A stretch of 64,000 nt of DNA from a virus. The stretch covers positions 1-64,000 of IMG/VR virus record IMGVR_UViG_3300046820_002290; one strand, 5' to 3'. Of the stretch, positions 16,349 to 26,032 are shown piece after piece (the first letter of the stretch is position 1; every line of letters starts with the position of its first letter). Below the pieces are notes generated by a model. The model searched no databases, was not told the origin of the DNA, and was given only the letters and a program-made list of their open reading frames with translations. Position numbers and translations under genes: made by a program.

Positions 16349-19039
16349 GTGTTTCAAAAACGCATCCACGTCTTCAAAGCGGGTGATCAAACATCTGCTC
16401 AAGGAGTTCAGAGACACTTCTCTGACAAGGACTTGCAGCAGGTTGTTGACACCTATGATCCTTCGATCCATGAAGCCCCATTAGTCATTGGACACGCAGG
16501 TGACAATGATAGCATGCCGGCCTACGGGTGGATCAAAGGATTCTCCAAACAGGGCGGCAATCTATACGCGGACGTGGCCTTTACGGACACGGCCAAAGAC
16601 TTGGTGAAAGATGGGCATTACCGAAAGGTTTCTATTTCCTTCTATTCACCGGATAGCGCCATCAACCCGCACAAGGGGAAATGGAGCGCTCGTCATCTTG
16701 CTTTGCTGGGGGCCTCACCCCCAGCCGTAAAAGGTTTAGAGCCTTTTTCGTTTGCGGAGATGGAGGGAGTCTACGACTTTGCCGTGGCTCTTGCCCCCTC
16801 TGACATCTTTGATGAGGAGCTCGGCCCCACGCTCATAGTGGAAAAAAGCCCTTTAGAGATGCTCCGAGAGAAGCTCGATGAAGTCCGCCAGGACGTGTCG
16901 AGTGCGGTAAAAGAACTGCAAGGCAACCAACAAACACAACCGACCGAGGGACTGGAAGATGTTGCTACGTCATCCGTGACGGAACAACCTGAAGCTGCTC
17001 AAATGGCTAACCCAGATGCTCCACAATTCAAAGAAACCAGCAAAAACGTGGGTCGCGAAGGAACTGAAATCACTCAGCAGACGGCTGACCTCGAAGATCA
17101 ATTTCCGGAAGAGGAATTTATGGACCAAGGAAAAATCAGCCGGAAGCACGTCAAAGGTGCCCACGGCCAAGTTATGCAGGTCGTAGAAAACGTCTACGAC
17201 GAGGCTCACAAAGAGTCGACCGACGAACGCAAGGCAGCCGCCGACCGTGCCTTCGAGGCCAAGCGCATGAAGAAGGAAGGCAAGCCTGAAGAGGCTAAGG
17301 AAGTTAAGCGTTTCGGAAAAGAAGAGGACAAGCTCATCAAGGAGGCTAAGCATTCGGAAGATGAGGACATTTCCGATAGCGCTATGGCTCGCAAACACGG
17401 TGGCGATGGTGGCCCTGGCTCCGCTGACCACGCTGAAGATCCTACCGGACGCTATGAGACCGCCCGTTCCGCCGACAACGGCTATGTCGATCGCATGAAA
17501 ACCGGCAAAGCCGGTGCTGGATCTCAAACCGGCCGCTTCAAAACTGCTAAGAGCAGCGAGCAAGACACCGACCGGATGCACACTGCTGAAAATGGTGAGC
17601 AAGATGAAGACCGTATGCACACTGCTAAGGAGTCCGAGATGGCTTCCGATGGCGAAGAGCGTTGGGCTGGCCAAGCTGACAACTATGAGCGTGTAAACAA
17701 CATGGACCAGTATGACGCCGATGAAAAGAGCTACGGCGTAAATGCCCCTAAGACCTCCAAGGGAACTGACCCCTATGGTCGTCAAGAGACCGAAACCAAG
17801 ATTCCGGTGGAATCTGAAGAGATGCCCGATGATGAGGTGTTTGCAGTGCAAACAACCAATGTCATGAACGACAAGAACATGCGTGTGATTCGTCAGAAAT
17901 CTTCTGACGCTCGTGCCAAGTCTGTTGGCACCCATAACCTGCTGTATGCAGAGCCCCAAGCTGACGAAATGACCGGTGAAGACGGTGTTACTACCGCTCG
18001 CAAGTCAATGAAAGGCGACAAAATGGTTGAGCACGCTGAGTATGAAACTGGCGACATCTCCGGTGAAGCCAGCCTGGAGTCTCTTCGTGAAGAGATTGGC
18101 GACGGTAAGAAAGCTAAAGCCAAGCAACTTCAGCCAGGTGCCATGGACACCACTGACGAGCCTGGTGAAATTGTTGGGCCCTCTGGCGCCTACGCCGAAT
18201 CCTACAAGGGTGAGCCCAAGGCTAAGTCCAAGCAGCTGACTCCCGGTGCCCAGGACAGCGTTGATGATCCTGATCAAATCACCGGTCCTTCCGGTGTGTA
18301 TGGCGAAGCCTCCCTCGAGTCTCTCCGTGAGAATATTGGGGATGGCAAGAAGTCCAAGGCTCGCCAGCTGACCCCCGGCGCGATGGATGATTTGGACTCC
18401 CCTGCTGAAGTCAGCAAGAAGTCCGGTGGCGTTTACGCTGAAGAGCACGGAGAGAAGAAAGATCCTTACACCAAAACTGGTTTCGGCTCCACCTACGAAG
18501 AAGGTGAAGGTGATGACGGTGTGGATGAGGGTGAAGAGTCCTACAACGAGAACTACTCCGTCGACCATTGCGGTATGGAGTATGGCGGCATGGGGTCCAT
18601 GGGTCAAGCCCGTCCCATGGGTACTCAGCAAATGTACGAGGAGCTGATGTCCCTCAAGCAGAAGTACGCTGAGCTTGAGAACCGCAATCGCATGGAGAAG
18701 ATGAACTTCCGTCGGATGCAAATGGCGGAGGCAATCGGTCACATGTACACGGAAGGTCGCCTGACCGACGGCATCATGCCTGAGCAAGAGCTTCTCTCTT
18801 ACGTAGAAGGTCTTGAGTTCGGTACTCTCGAGTTCTCTGAGGGTGAAACTGCCGCTACCAAGCTGCTGACTCTGCTGAGCAAGCTGCCCCCGATGGTTTC
18901 CTTCGGTGAAGTTGCCGGTGGCACCTTCCAGTATGCCGAAGAGGACCTGGATCCTCACGCCAAGGCTCTCCGCATGGTGGAAGAGTCGGAAGGTAAGATG
19001 GACTACGTGGAAGCCCTTAAGAAAACCATGTTCTCCTGA
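16349..19039 (+). CDS. Mu-like prohead protease fused to a long scaffold
   Basis: PLVIGH, PAYGWI, YRKVSISF, HLALLGASPPAVKGL; about 750-aa charged extension; internal GAGGA-ATG at 17120. Confidence 0.88.
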   Translation: MFQKRIHVFKAGDQTSAQGVQRHFSDKDLQQVVDTYDPSIHEAPLVIGHAGDNDSMPAYGWIKGFSKQGGNLYADVAFTDTAKDLVKDGHYRKVSISFYSPDSAINPHKGKWSARHLALLGASPPAVKGLEPFSFAEMEGVYDFAVALAPSDIFDEELGPTLIVEKSPLEMLREKLDEVRQDVSSAVKELQGNQQTQPTEGLEDVATSSVTEQPEAAQMANPDAPQFKETSKNVGREGTEITQQTADLEDQFPEEEFMDQGKISRKHVKGAHGQVMQVVENVYDEAHKESTDERKAAADRAFEAKRMKKEGKPEEAKEVKRFGKEEDKLIKEAKHSEDEDISDSAMARKHGGDGGPGSADHAEDPTGRYETARSADNGYVDRMKTGKAGAGSQTGRFKTAKSSEQDTDRMHTAENGEQDEDRMHTAKESEMASDGEERWAGQADNYERVNNMDQYDADEKSYGVNAPKTSKGTDPYGRQETETKIPVESEEMPDDEVFAVQTTNVMNDKNMRVIRQKSSDARAKSVGTHNLLYAEPQADEMTGEDGVTTARKSMKGDKMVEHAEYETGDISGEASLESLREEIGDGKKAKAKQLQPGAMDTTDEPGEIVGPSGAYAESYKGEPKAKSKQLTPGAQDSVDDPDQITGPSGVYGEASLESLRENIGDGKKSKARQLTPGAMDDLDSPAEVSKKSGGVYAEEHGEKKDPYTKTGFGSTYEEGEGDDGVDEGEESYNENYSVDHCGMEYGGMGSMGQARPMGTQQMYEELMSLKQKYAELENRNRMEKMNFRRMQMAEAIGHMYTEGRLTDGIMPEQELLSYVEGLEFGTLEFSEGETAATKLLTLLSKLPPMVSFGEVAGGTFQYAEEDLDPHAKALRMVEESEGKMDYVEALKKTMFS
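18065..18442 (+). repeat. three ~40-aa repeats in the scaffold (KxKxxQLxPGAxD...GxY[AG]E)
   Basis: Visible in the translation; EASLESLRExIGDGKK occurs twice. Confidence 0.85.
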
Positions 19040-19046
19040 GGTAGTT

Positions 19047-19811
19047 ATGGATCTCCTCTCTTTCGTTAGTATGGCGACAAAGCGGAGATCCGATTACTTC
19101 GCCCAGGCCAAAACTCTAGCTCGAAAATACAAAGAGCAGCCGATTCTGGAAGAACGGATGAAAGCAGAGTCCCTTGGCCTTGTGAAAGGTCTCCGAGACA
19201 AGCTGATGAAGTGGAATGAGTACGAGCGGACAATGCTCGACAAAACTCTGACCGCTGCTTTGGCAGCGTGCATTCTCGGAATCAAAGATGACAATCTCGA
19301 TCGGAAGCTGGAAAAGTGTTGGCCCATTATTGTGGGTGATATGCTCCCGCCTCTTACAAAGTTTTTAGCAGAGACTAAAGAATATATTGACTCTGGTGTT
19401 TTGCGGCTAGGGGATCAAACAGTCGATTTTGCAGACTACAATCTCCTTGGTGCAATGCCTGGTGCAATAGACCTTGGCGTTGACGAAATCGAAGGTATCA
19501 ATCCCGAAGAGGAAGGTATCGAAGAAGCTTCTCAACGTCGAGCTCAAGGGAGGAGTTGGCCGGCATTGGCCGACCGGGTCTCCCGGTATTTAGCGACGCC
19601 TACTTTTTCTTTTTACAATTTGGGCCAATACATGGTGGCTCAAGATCAAGGTTTTAAGGAAATGCGAAGAGTTGCTAAAGGCGATAAAAAAATGTGTATC
19701 GATTGCAAAAACTATGACGAACAAGGCTGGATGCCGATTGGCGAGTTGCCAATGCCCGGCAAAGGCTGCCGTTGTTATGATCGTTGCCGTTGCTACTTGG
19801 AATATCGCTAA
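19047..19811 (+). CDS. minor head / head morphogenesis protein (Mu gpF-like)
   Basis: GAGG then ATG 19047; C-terminal CIDC...PGKGCRCYDRCRC; position in the head module. Confidence 0.65.
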   Translation: MDLLSFVSMATKRRSDYFAQAKTLARKYKEQPILEERMKAESLGLVKGLRDKLMKWNEYERTMLDKTLTAALAACILGIKDDNLDRKLEKCWPIIVGDMLPPLTKFLAETKEYIDSGVLRLGDQTVDFADYNLLGAMPGAIDLGVDEIEGINPEEEGIEEASQRRAQGRSWPALADRVSRYLATPTFSFYNLGQYMVAQDQGFKEMRRVAKGDKKMCIDCKNYDEQGWMPIGELPMPGKGCRCYDRCRCYLEYR

Positions 19812-19819
19812 GGGTAAAA
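19812..19819 (+). promoter_or_regulatory. GGGTAAAA box
   Basis: Upstream of the decoration/capsid operon. Confidence 0.78.
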
Positions 19820-19899
19820 CCCAATACATTCTACTGAGTTCTACAAACCATTCTCAGTGAAAACCAATTGAAGTCCATCAAATTTTTTGGAGACAGATT

Positions 19900-20361
19900 A
19901 TGGCAACCAATGCCGCCCCCATTTACGGAAAGCAGTACATCCGTTACGCTGAGACCTGGGAAGCCCCCGTTAACGACCAAGCCGGTACTAAGGGTATCGT
20001 AGAAGTTGGCGAACTTCGTGCTGTGAGCTATGCCACCTGGGCTGGCCCCAACTACGCTGCCCCTGGCATCTACTTCACCGTTCAGCCCACCAACATTTGT
20101 GGTGTGAACCAGGCCTACATGCCCACCGCCCTGGCTCAGCCTTACACCGCTCGTCAATTGACTGTTGCTACCAGCGGCCTGCTGCTGATTGAAGTGGCCC
20201 CCGCTTCTGCCGCAATCGGTCTGAACACCCCCCTTCAGGTGAACAACCTGGGCCAAGCCACTGCCGCTGGCACCCCTGTAACCCTGGACGCCACCACTCC
20301 TTTGATCCGTGAGAACGTGACCATTGGCGGTCGTCGTCTCGTACTTGTCAGCTTCGCCTGA
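19900..20361 (+). CDS. capsid decoration/cement protein
   Basis: Small Ala/Thr/Gly-rich beta protein directly before the MCP (DUF2190-like position and pattern). Confidence 0.65.
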   Translation: MATNAAPIYGKQYIRYAETWEAPVNDQAGTKGIVEVGELRAVSYATWAGPNYAAPGIYFTVQPTNICGVNQAYMPTALAQPYTARQLTVATSGLLLIEVAPASAAIGLNTPLQVNNLGQATAAGTPVTLDATTPLIRENVTIGGRRLVLVSFA

Positions 20362-20374
20362 TAACTAACTAACG

Positions 20375-20422
20375 GCAGGCTGGGCAGTTTTCGAACGTAA
20401 GCCCCAGCCCTGTGTGCACACA
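20375..20422 (+). other. stem-loop plus 12-bp palindrome before the MCP
   Basis: GCAGGCTGGG/CCCAGCCCTGT stem with inner GTT-TTCG-AAC; TGTGTGCACACA at 20411-20422. Confidence 0.5.
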
Positions 20423-20454
20423 TTTGAAGACAAAGATTACGGAGACTTCCTCCC

Positions 20455-21507
20455 ATGATGAACCTGCAACAAACCTACGCAGGTGTAGATCCGATTCTGA
20501 CTACACTTGCCCAAGGTTTCATGCTTCCGGCGACTAATATCGCCAACTTTATTGCCCCCGTAGTAGATACCCCGACCCGTGCTGGCCGGATTCTGCGCTT
20601 CGGCAAGGAGCAGTTCGCCATCAACGACTTCCGTCGTGCATATGGCACCAACATTCCTTACGTTCAAAGCCGTTACGACTCGGAGCCCTATGCTCTCGAG
20701 CAAGAAGTGGTGGCTTGGGAACTGCCGGAAGAAGTAATTGAGAACGCCGGTGAAGGCCCTGCTCAGGTTGACCTGCGTGCGATTGAAACTCGCAACGCAA
20801 TGTCCCGCCTGATGAACGCCTATGAGTACACCGTATCTCAGGCTGTTACTGTAACCGCTACTTACAACCCTTACGAGCCCAACACTGGCGCTGGTACTCA
20901 GGATGGCCTGGGCTTCACCAGCTGGAGCACCTTCTCGGCTGCCTATACAACTGCCGCTGGTCCTTCGGCTTGGTCCTCCCTGACCTCCAACCCGATCGAA
21001 GACGTTCTGACCCTGAAGCGCTCTGTAGCTAACCAGGTCGGTATTCGCCCCAACTCCATGGTTGTTGGCACCGCTGTGTTCGACCAGCTGCTGACCAACC
21101 AGGCGATCCTTGAGCGTATCAAGTACACCACCGCCGACAGCATCGACACCGACATGCTGGCTCGCTACTTCGGTCTCGAGCGCGGTCTGCGTGTGGCTGA
21201 GGGTCGTTATCTGGCCACCGACGGTAGCCTGCAGCCTGTGTTCCCTGAGAACGGAATCCTGCTGTTCTACAGCCCCAATGGTCCTTCCGACTCCGTGATG
21301 CCTGCTGGTGGCGCTAACGCCGCTACGCCTGCCTTCGCTTACACCTACCAGCTGACCGGCACTCCTGCCGTTCGTCCTGAGTACTACATTCGTGAGCGTC
21401 GTGTGGTTCGTGCTGAGATTACCGTTGAGCGTATTGTTAACCTCGTTGGTCTTGGTGCTACTGGTTTTATCGGTTCTGGCGCGATGATCACCGACATCCT
21501 GTCCTGA
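20455..21507 (+). CDS. major capsid protein
   Basis: VDPILTTLAQG, FGKEQF, NPIEDV...GIRPNSMVVG, PAFAYTYQL; strong codon bias. Confidence 0.88.
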   Translation: MMNLQQTYAGVDPILTTLAQGFMLPATNIANFIAPVVDTPTRAGRILRFGKEQFAINDFRRAYGTNIPYVQSRYDSEPYALEQEVVAWELPEEVIENAGEGPAQVDLRAIETRNAMSRLMNAYEYTVSQAVTVTATYNPYEPNTGAGTQDGLGFTSWSTFSAAYTTAAGPSAWSSLTSNPIEDVLTLKRSVANQVGIRPNSMVVGTAVFDQLLTNQAILERIKYTTADSIDTDMLARYFGLERGLRVAEGRYLATDGSLQPVFPENGILLFYSPNGPSDSVMPAGGANAATPAFAYTYQLTGTPAVRPEYYIRERRVVRAEITVERIVNLVGLGATGFIGSGAMITDILS

Positions 21508-21535
21508 TTAGGAAAGGAAATAAGGAGGTGTTATC

Positions 21536-21979
21536 ATGGCTATTCTTCGCCCATTAACCAAAGCGCAGTACGAAGTAAGCTTCACTGCAATCGGTGGACC
21601 GACTTTTACAGCGGTGTTCACCCAGTTTAGTGGAATCAATGATTCCTCAGATAGCAGCACCTACGCTAATGGCACAGGCAACCGTCTGTATCACGTTGTT
21701 GGCCCTCGGACAGCAGACAATGTAACATTGACTGCTCCGTACGATCCGACAATCTTCAAGACTCTCGAACAGTTCTGGCTTGATTACAACTGTAATCCCA
21801 TCACCGTTACCGTTACCCCCCGTGACTGTTCTGGTGAAGGCTCTGCTCCCGCAGGTGGTCAGTATATCTGTTACGAGTGTCAGTTTGTTTCCATCACGAC
21901 GGCTGATGTCGATCGCGAAAGCGGCGACGTGCAGACCATTGAAGTGGAAATGACCATAAATTACTGGGAGCGTACGTGA
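21536..21979 (+). CDS. tail tube protein
   Basis: AGGAGG RBS; FTQFSGI, NVTLT, DVDRESGDVQTIEVEM (gp19-like); 147 aa. Confidence 0.72.
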   Translation: MAILRPLTKAQYEVSFTAIGGPTFTAVFTQFSGINDSSDSSTYANGTGNRLYHVVGPRTADNVTLTAPYDPTIFKTLEQFWLDYNCNPITVTVTPRDCSGEGSAPAGGQYICYECQFVSITTADVDRESGDVQTIEVEMTINYWERT

Positions 21980-21997
21980 TACGGTGAACTACTTGGA

Positions 21998-22026
21998 GTT
22001 TACTTAAATCCCGCATCTGCTATAAT
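21998..22026 (+). promoter_or_regulatory. sigma70-type promoter of the GIY-YIG gene (GTTTAC-N17-TATAAT, extended -10)
   Basis: T4-early-like architecture. Confidence 0.7.
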
Positions 22027-22050
22027 GCCCTCAGAAATGAGGGCTTTTTT
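22027..22050 (+). terminator. intrinsic terminator of the capsid-tube operon
   Basis: GCCCTCA-GAAA-TGAGGGC-TTTTTT. Confidence 0.85.
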
Positions 22051-22569
22051 GTGATTACTTACACCGCCACCAACGTTAAAACTGGACGGTTTTACATAGG
22101 ATCCGCAAAGGATTACTGTAACCACTTGAACCGGATGGGGAACCACCACGTTGGCAAACCTTATAACGATTTCCGCAAAGAACTTCAGGCAGATCCCCAC
22201 GCATTCAAGTGGGAATACTCAGAAGATGGTTTAGACACCCGTGACTTTGAGGAAAGTCTACTCCATCTGTACGTGGGTAGTAAATGGTGTTATAACAAAT
22301 CAAAAACGAGCAAGGGTTGTGTGGGCGATCCGGAAACGACTTACCGGGGCGGTAAAATTGGGATGACGCAGAGTGAAGAAACCCGCCGCAAAATCGGCAA
22401 GGGCAATAGCAATCCCTCCGCTGAAAAGCGTAAGCGACAGAGTGAGGGTGTTAGCAAAACCAACGCCAAAAAATCCCCGTGCCCCCAATGCGGCATACTC
22501 ATGAACGTCGGCAACCTCACAAAACATCTCAAAGGTACTCGCTGTAAGGGCAAACCGCAAGTAGGGTAA
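22051..22569 (+). CDS. free-standing GIY-YIG homing endonuclease
   Basis: ITYTATNVKTGRFYIGS, NUMOD3-like SEETRRKIG, C-terminal CPQCG..H..C. Confidence 0.82.
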   Translation: MITYTATNVKTGRFYIGSAKDYCNHLNRMGNHHVGKPYNDFRKELQADPHAFKWEYSEDGLDTRDFEESLLHLYVGSKWCYNKSKTSKGCVGDPETTYRGGKIGMTQSEETRRKIGKGNSNPSAEKRKRQSEGVSKTNAKKSPCPQCGILMNVGNLTKHLKGTRCKGKPQVG

Positions 22570-22571
22570 AA
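22564..22571 (+). promoter_or_regulatory. GGGTAAAA box
   Basis: Supplies the endonuclease stop; starts 38 nt before ATG 22602. Confidence 0.78.
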
Positions 22572-22601
22572 CCATCGTAACGTGGGATAGTTATCAGTCG
22601 T

Positions 22602-23162
22602 ATGGCAAAAACGACATTTTCAAGTGGGGTTATTGTCACAAGCCAATGGCTCAATGGCTCCCAGCAAATCTATTTCGACGGTCAAGATCTTGACTGGCAC
22701 TATCCTCCTCTCGGCCTGAACTCACTCGTTCGTACTGGTCCGAACGGATTGGATTCGGCTTACGTGACGCTAACTACGGATCAACCCGAGCTGGATAGCA
22801 ACGGATTGTTGATTTCGGGCGCTCCAATTAGCGGTAACAAGGTTGTAAACGGAATGTGGAATTTCGGTTATGACCCCCTTCAGGCAGGTAATCCGGCCAA
22901 CATCCGCGATAACGCACCAAAGAGCTACACGACCAACGATAAATATAACTATGCCGGCGGTGCTCCTACACCCACCATCCCTCAGAAATTTGGTGCCCTT
23001 GACAACGCTGACCTGGTTACTAAGGAAGTGCTTGAGGCCTGGGTAACCTACCTGTTTGAAACCCTGGAGATTGATAACGGAGTTTACTACTCTGCCTCCA
23101 ACCCAACCTGTCAGAACTACAGCCTAGGTGGCAGTAACTCCGACATTATTTGTCCGCTTTGA
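22602..23162 (+). CDS. putative virion structural protein
   Basis: Late box; MAKTTFSSGVIVTSQWLN fibre-like start. Confidence 0.55.
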   Translation: MAKTTFSSGVIVTSQWLNGSQQIYFDGQDLDWHYPPLGLNSLVRTGPNGLDSAYVTLTTDQPELDSNGLLISGAPISGNKVVNGMWNFGYDPLQAGNPANIRDNAPKSYTTNDKYNYAGGAPTPTIPQKFGALDNADLVTKEVLEAWVTYLFETLEIDNGVYYSASNPTCQNYSLGGSNSDIICPL

Positions 23163-23173
23163 GGGAGTAAGAA

Positions 23174-26032
23174 ATGGCAAGATATGCCCCGCTCCCCTCA
23201 GTAAATATCGACCCTCGCAACGAAGCCGAGCTCGTCCAAGCTGCTTCACAGCGAGTTTATCAAGCCTCCGGTCAAACCCTCAACGACTTTTCATCTGGTA
23301 ACCCTCTGGCAGCACTGCTGGAAGGGCAGGCTTTTGCTCAAGGGGAATTTTTATTCTGGGCTAATCAGCTCCCTCAGTCTATCTTGATTGAGTGGCTGGG
23401 GCCTTTTCTTGGTGCCATGCGGCGCCTGGGGACCCCTGCTGTTGCCAGGCTGACTCTTACTGTTCCCCCCTCGAACACGGTCACTACCATCCCCGCTGGC
23501 ACGGCTTTCACCACAGATGCCAATTTAACTGGGGGAGAAAGTTTCACCTTCATTACAGATAGCGAAGTTGCTATCGCTCCAGGCGAAGACGTGGCATATG
23601 TCACGGTAGCCTCTCAGTATGTTGGTGCTGTATACAATTCTCCTGCTAACTCGATTACAGGTGTATCGGCCGTCGACATCAATGGGCTAACTGCTACTAA
23701 CACGCAACCCGCCACTGGTGGCAGCGACGTTGAAACCTACCAAGAGGTCCAAGAGCGTTTCTTCACCCTTATTCGCCGCCGCAATCCGGTAAGCTCGGGA
23801 GATTGGCAAGATTTCTTCATTGATTTTTACGGCGTCGGAACTCAAACCTCGGTTCAACCCAACCGTCCCAACCAAGGCACCTATAACTACGTAACCGACT
23901 ACCTGAAACCCAACGGCCAGGTGTCGTTTTTCGTGCTTGGCCCCGATGGCGTGGAGTTGAATAAAAGCCAGCTTCAGCGTGGACAAAAGGTTATAAATTA
24001 CTCTGTTCCTGTGGAAAACCAGGGGCACCTTTATCCTATTACCTTAAGCCAGGTTCAATATGACCTGACTGTGGAAATTGACGCAAATGGTGCTTTCGGA
24101 GAGAACCTTAAAGATAGCTCTTTGAATTTCCGTGACCGGTTATTTGAGATTCTACGCCCCGGGAATGTTTTTCCTTCCACGGTAGATCCGACCGTCAGTG
24201 ATGTGGATGCTGCTTTCTACTCTACATTCCCAACCCCTAGCCAGTTTATTGATCCGCACATCAAGGTAAGCGCTGCTTACAACACCCCGCCTCTTCTGGA
24301 GCCTGCTGCTGCCACCTATACAAACGTCTACACTTTCGAGCCCGCGGGAGAGCTCCTAACAAAGAATGACCTGGTAGAAACAATCCTACCTGTTTCCGTT
24401 TTCTACCCTGTTCTCACAAATTTCACTCCCTATTCTACCGCTAAAAAAGATCAAACCATCTACGGGAACTTGGCCCTTCAGCAGATTTTGTTTCTCGTTC
24501 CTGGCAACTACCTGAAAGGTCAGGTTTGCTACTGGGATCCTTCTGTGGGTGGCGATGGACAGTTACATGTCATTAACGAAAATCTCACGGTGGGGTCCCA
24601 AATTGACGTGGGAACCCTGATTACTCAAGGAAAAATTTCCGGTGCCAAGGTTTACTCCCCTTGGACAGTTGGCAACTCCTATGTAGAGACCGTAGGGAGC
24701 ACATATAATCCTGAAATCGTTCAATATGACTATGCCCCAGATGAATTCATTCCTAGCCCCACCTCGCTAATTCCCCTTAATCAGCGCCCCGGCGCCTTTA
24801 TTTGGGTTGTTAGCAACAATTTTACTCTTCAGCCAGCCACTAATAACATTACGGGTGCGTCCGCACAGTCTTTACTCGGACCTTCTATCACCCCGAAAAT
24901 TCTGCAGCCTGGCACTTCTTACGCTGTGGGGGACTGGGTTTATACACCCCAAATCGGGTCTGGCCCCAACCCTGTTGCCGACCCTTACTATAACTATGTA
25001 GATGTTAGACTTGGCGTGGTGAATAAATATGCCTATGTCGAGCAAGCGTTTACATACGAACCTAACGGCCGCACCGTTAGCGTTTACTTTGACGACCTTG
25101 TTGAGCAGGGTATCGTAAAGGAGATTGTAGTAAGCCAAGCAAAAACGGAGTATGACCCCGTGCTGGCAACCGTAACAGAGTTTATCCCTATCAGTAAATA
25201 TAACCCTCGTTTCCCCACTGGCACCTACCTGGAATACCGGGAAAGTGCGGGTGCAGTGTCAGAATATTACATTGCTGCCAAGTATTTCACCCCAACCAGC
25301 ACAAACGCTCAGGACCTGGTGAACCAAGGTTTGGTCTTCCCTCTCTATATTGACAGCGTTCAGTATTCTTCACTTGTTTTGGATCTTGAGGACCCTAACG
25401 GGGTAGTGAAGAAACCCAACCGTATGTTCCGGTTTTTCAAAGGGGACCGGACATTCTTCCGTCAAGGGTCTCAGGTTATTTCTTATACCGCAACAACTAA
25501 CGTTCACCCTTTATTTGAATTCTACATTTATCTGCAAAACGGGATTTTTGTAGAAACCGCTCGTTATCTTCCCGAGCAATTTAACACCGTCGATTACGTG
25601 CCATACTTTGACCCGGCTTACGTTACCTACTCGGAGGACACCGTCCTTTCTGAAGATGGTAGAAACATATATCGGGTTATGCTTGCCTTCACTCCCGAAG
25701 ATACCGTAGTGAATTGGACCAACACTACTGTTGCCAACACTGCTCGGAATGAGGAATATGCTGGTAATCTTCTGCGCTACGTAGATCAGTACGTCTGTGA
25801 AGAGTCAATCCTGTCACAACTGGGTAGAGACATCTCTGCAATCAAATTAGGAATCGCTCAGATTACCCTCATCCCTAAAAACAAAGGAAGGTTTGCCAAC
25901 TCACAGGAGCAGGTGAAGTTTGTGTGGGAGAATGCGTCAACTTTGGCTGAGGTGCCTCAGCTATCCTGGTATTCTGGTACTCCTTACCCGTATTCGCCAC
26001 CTAACTACGGGACTGGGACACTTAAGCTATGA
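23174..26032 (+). CDS. baseplate J-like protein with long C-terminal extension
   Basis: IDPRNEAELV, TIPAGTAF, ATGGSDVET..ERF..IRRRNPVS..DW. Confidence 0.82.
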   Translation: MARYAPLPSVNIDPRNEAELVQAASQRVYQASGQTLNDFSSGNPLAALLEGQAFAQGEFLFWANQLPQSILIEWLGPFLGAMRRLGTPAVARLTLTVPPSNTVTTIPAGTAFTTDANLTGGESFTFITDSEVAIAPGEDVAYVTVASQYVGAVYNSPANSITGVSAVDINGLTATNTQPATGGSDVETYQEVQERFFTLIRRRNPVSSGDWQDFFIDFYGVGTQTSVQPNRPNQGTYNYVTDYLKPNGQVSFFVLGPDGVELNKSQLQRGQKVINYSVPVENQGHLYPITLSQVQYDLTVEIDANGAFGENLKDSSLNFRDRLFEILRPGNVFPSTVDPTVSDVDAAFYSTFPTPSQFIDPHIKVSAAYNTPPLLEPAAATYTNVYTFEPAGELLTKNDLVETILPVSVFYPVLTNFTPYSTAKKDQTIYGNLALQQILFLVPGNYLKGQVCYWDPSVGGDGQLHVINENLTVGSQIDVGTLITQGKISGAKVYSPWTVGNSYVETVGSTYNPEIVQYDYAPDEFIPSPTSLIPLNQRPGAFIWVVSNNFTLQPATNNITGASAQSLLGPSITPKILQPGTSYAVGDWVYTPQIGSGPNPVADPYYNYVDVRLGVVNKYAYVEQAFTYEPNGRTVSVYFDDLVEQGIVKEIVVSQAKTEYDPVLATVTEFIPISKYNPRFPTGTYLEYRESAGAVSEYYIAAKYFTPTSTNAQDLVNQGLVFPLYIDSVQYSSLVLDLEDPNGVVKKPNRMFRFFKGDRTFFRQGSQVISYTATTNVHPLFEFYIYLQNGIFVETARYLPEQFNTVDYVPYFDPAYVTYSEDTVLSEDGRNIYRVMLAFTPEDTVVNWTNTTVANTARNEEYAGNLLRYVDQYVCEESILSQLGRDISAIKLGIAQITLIPKNKGRFANSQEQVKFVWENASTLAEVPQLSWYSGTPYPYSPPNYGTGTLKL

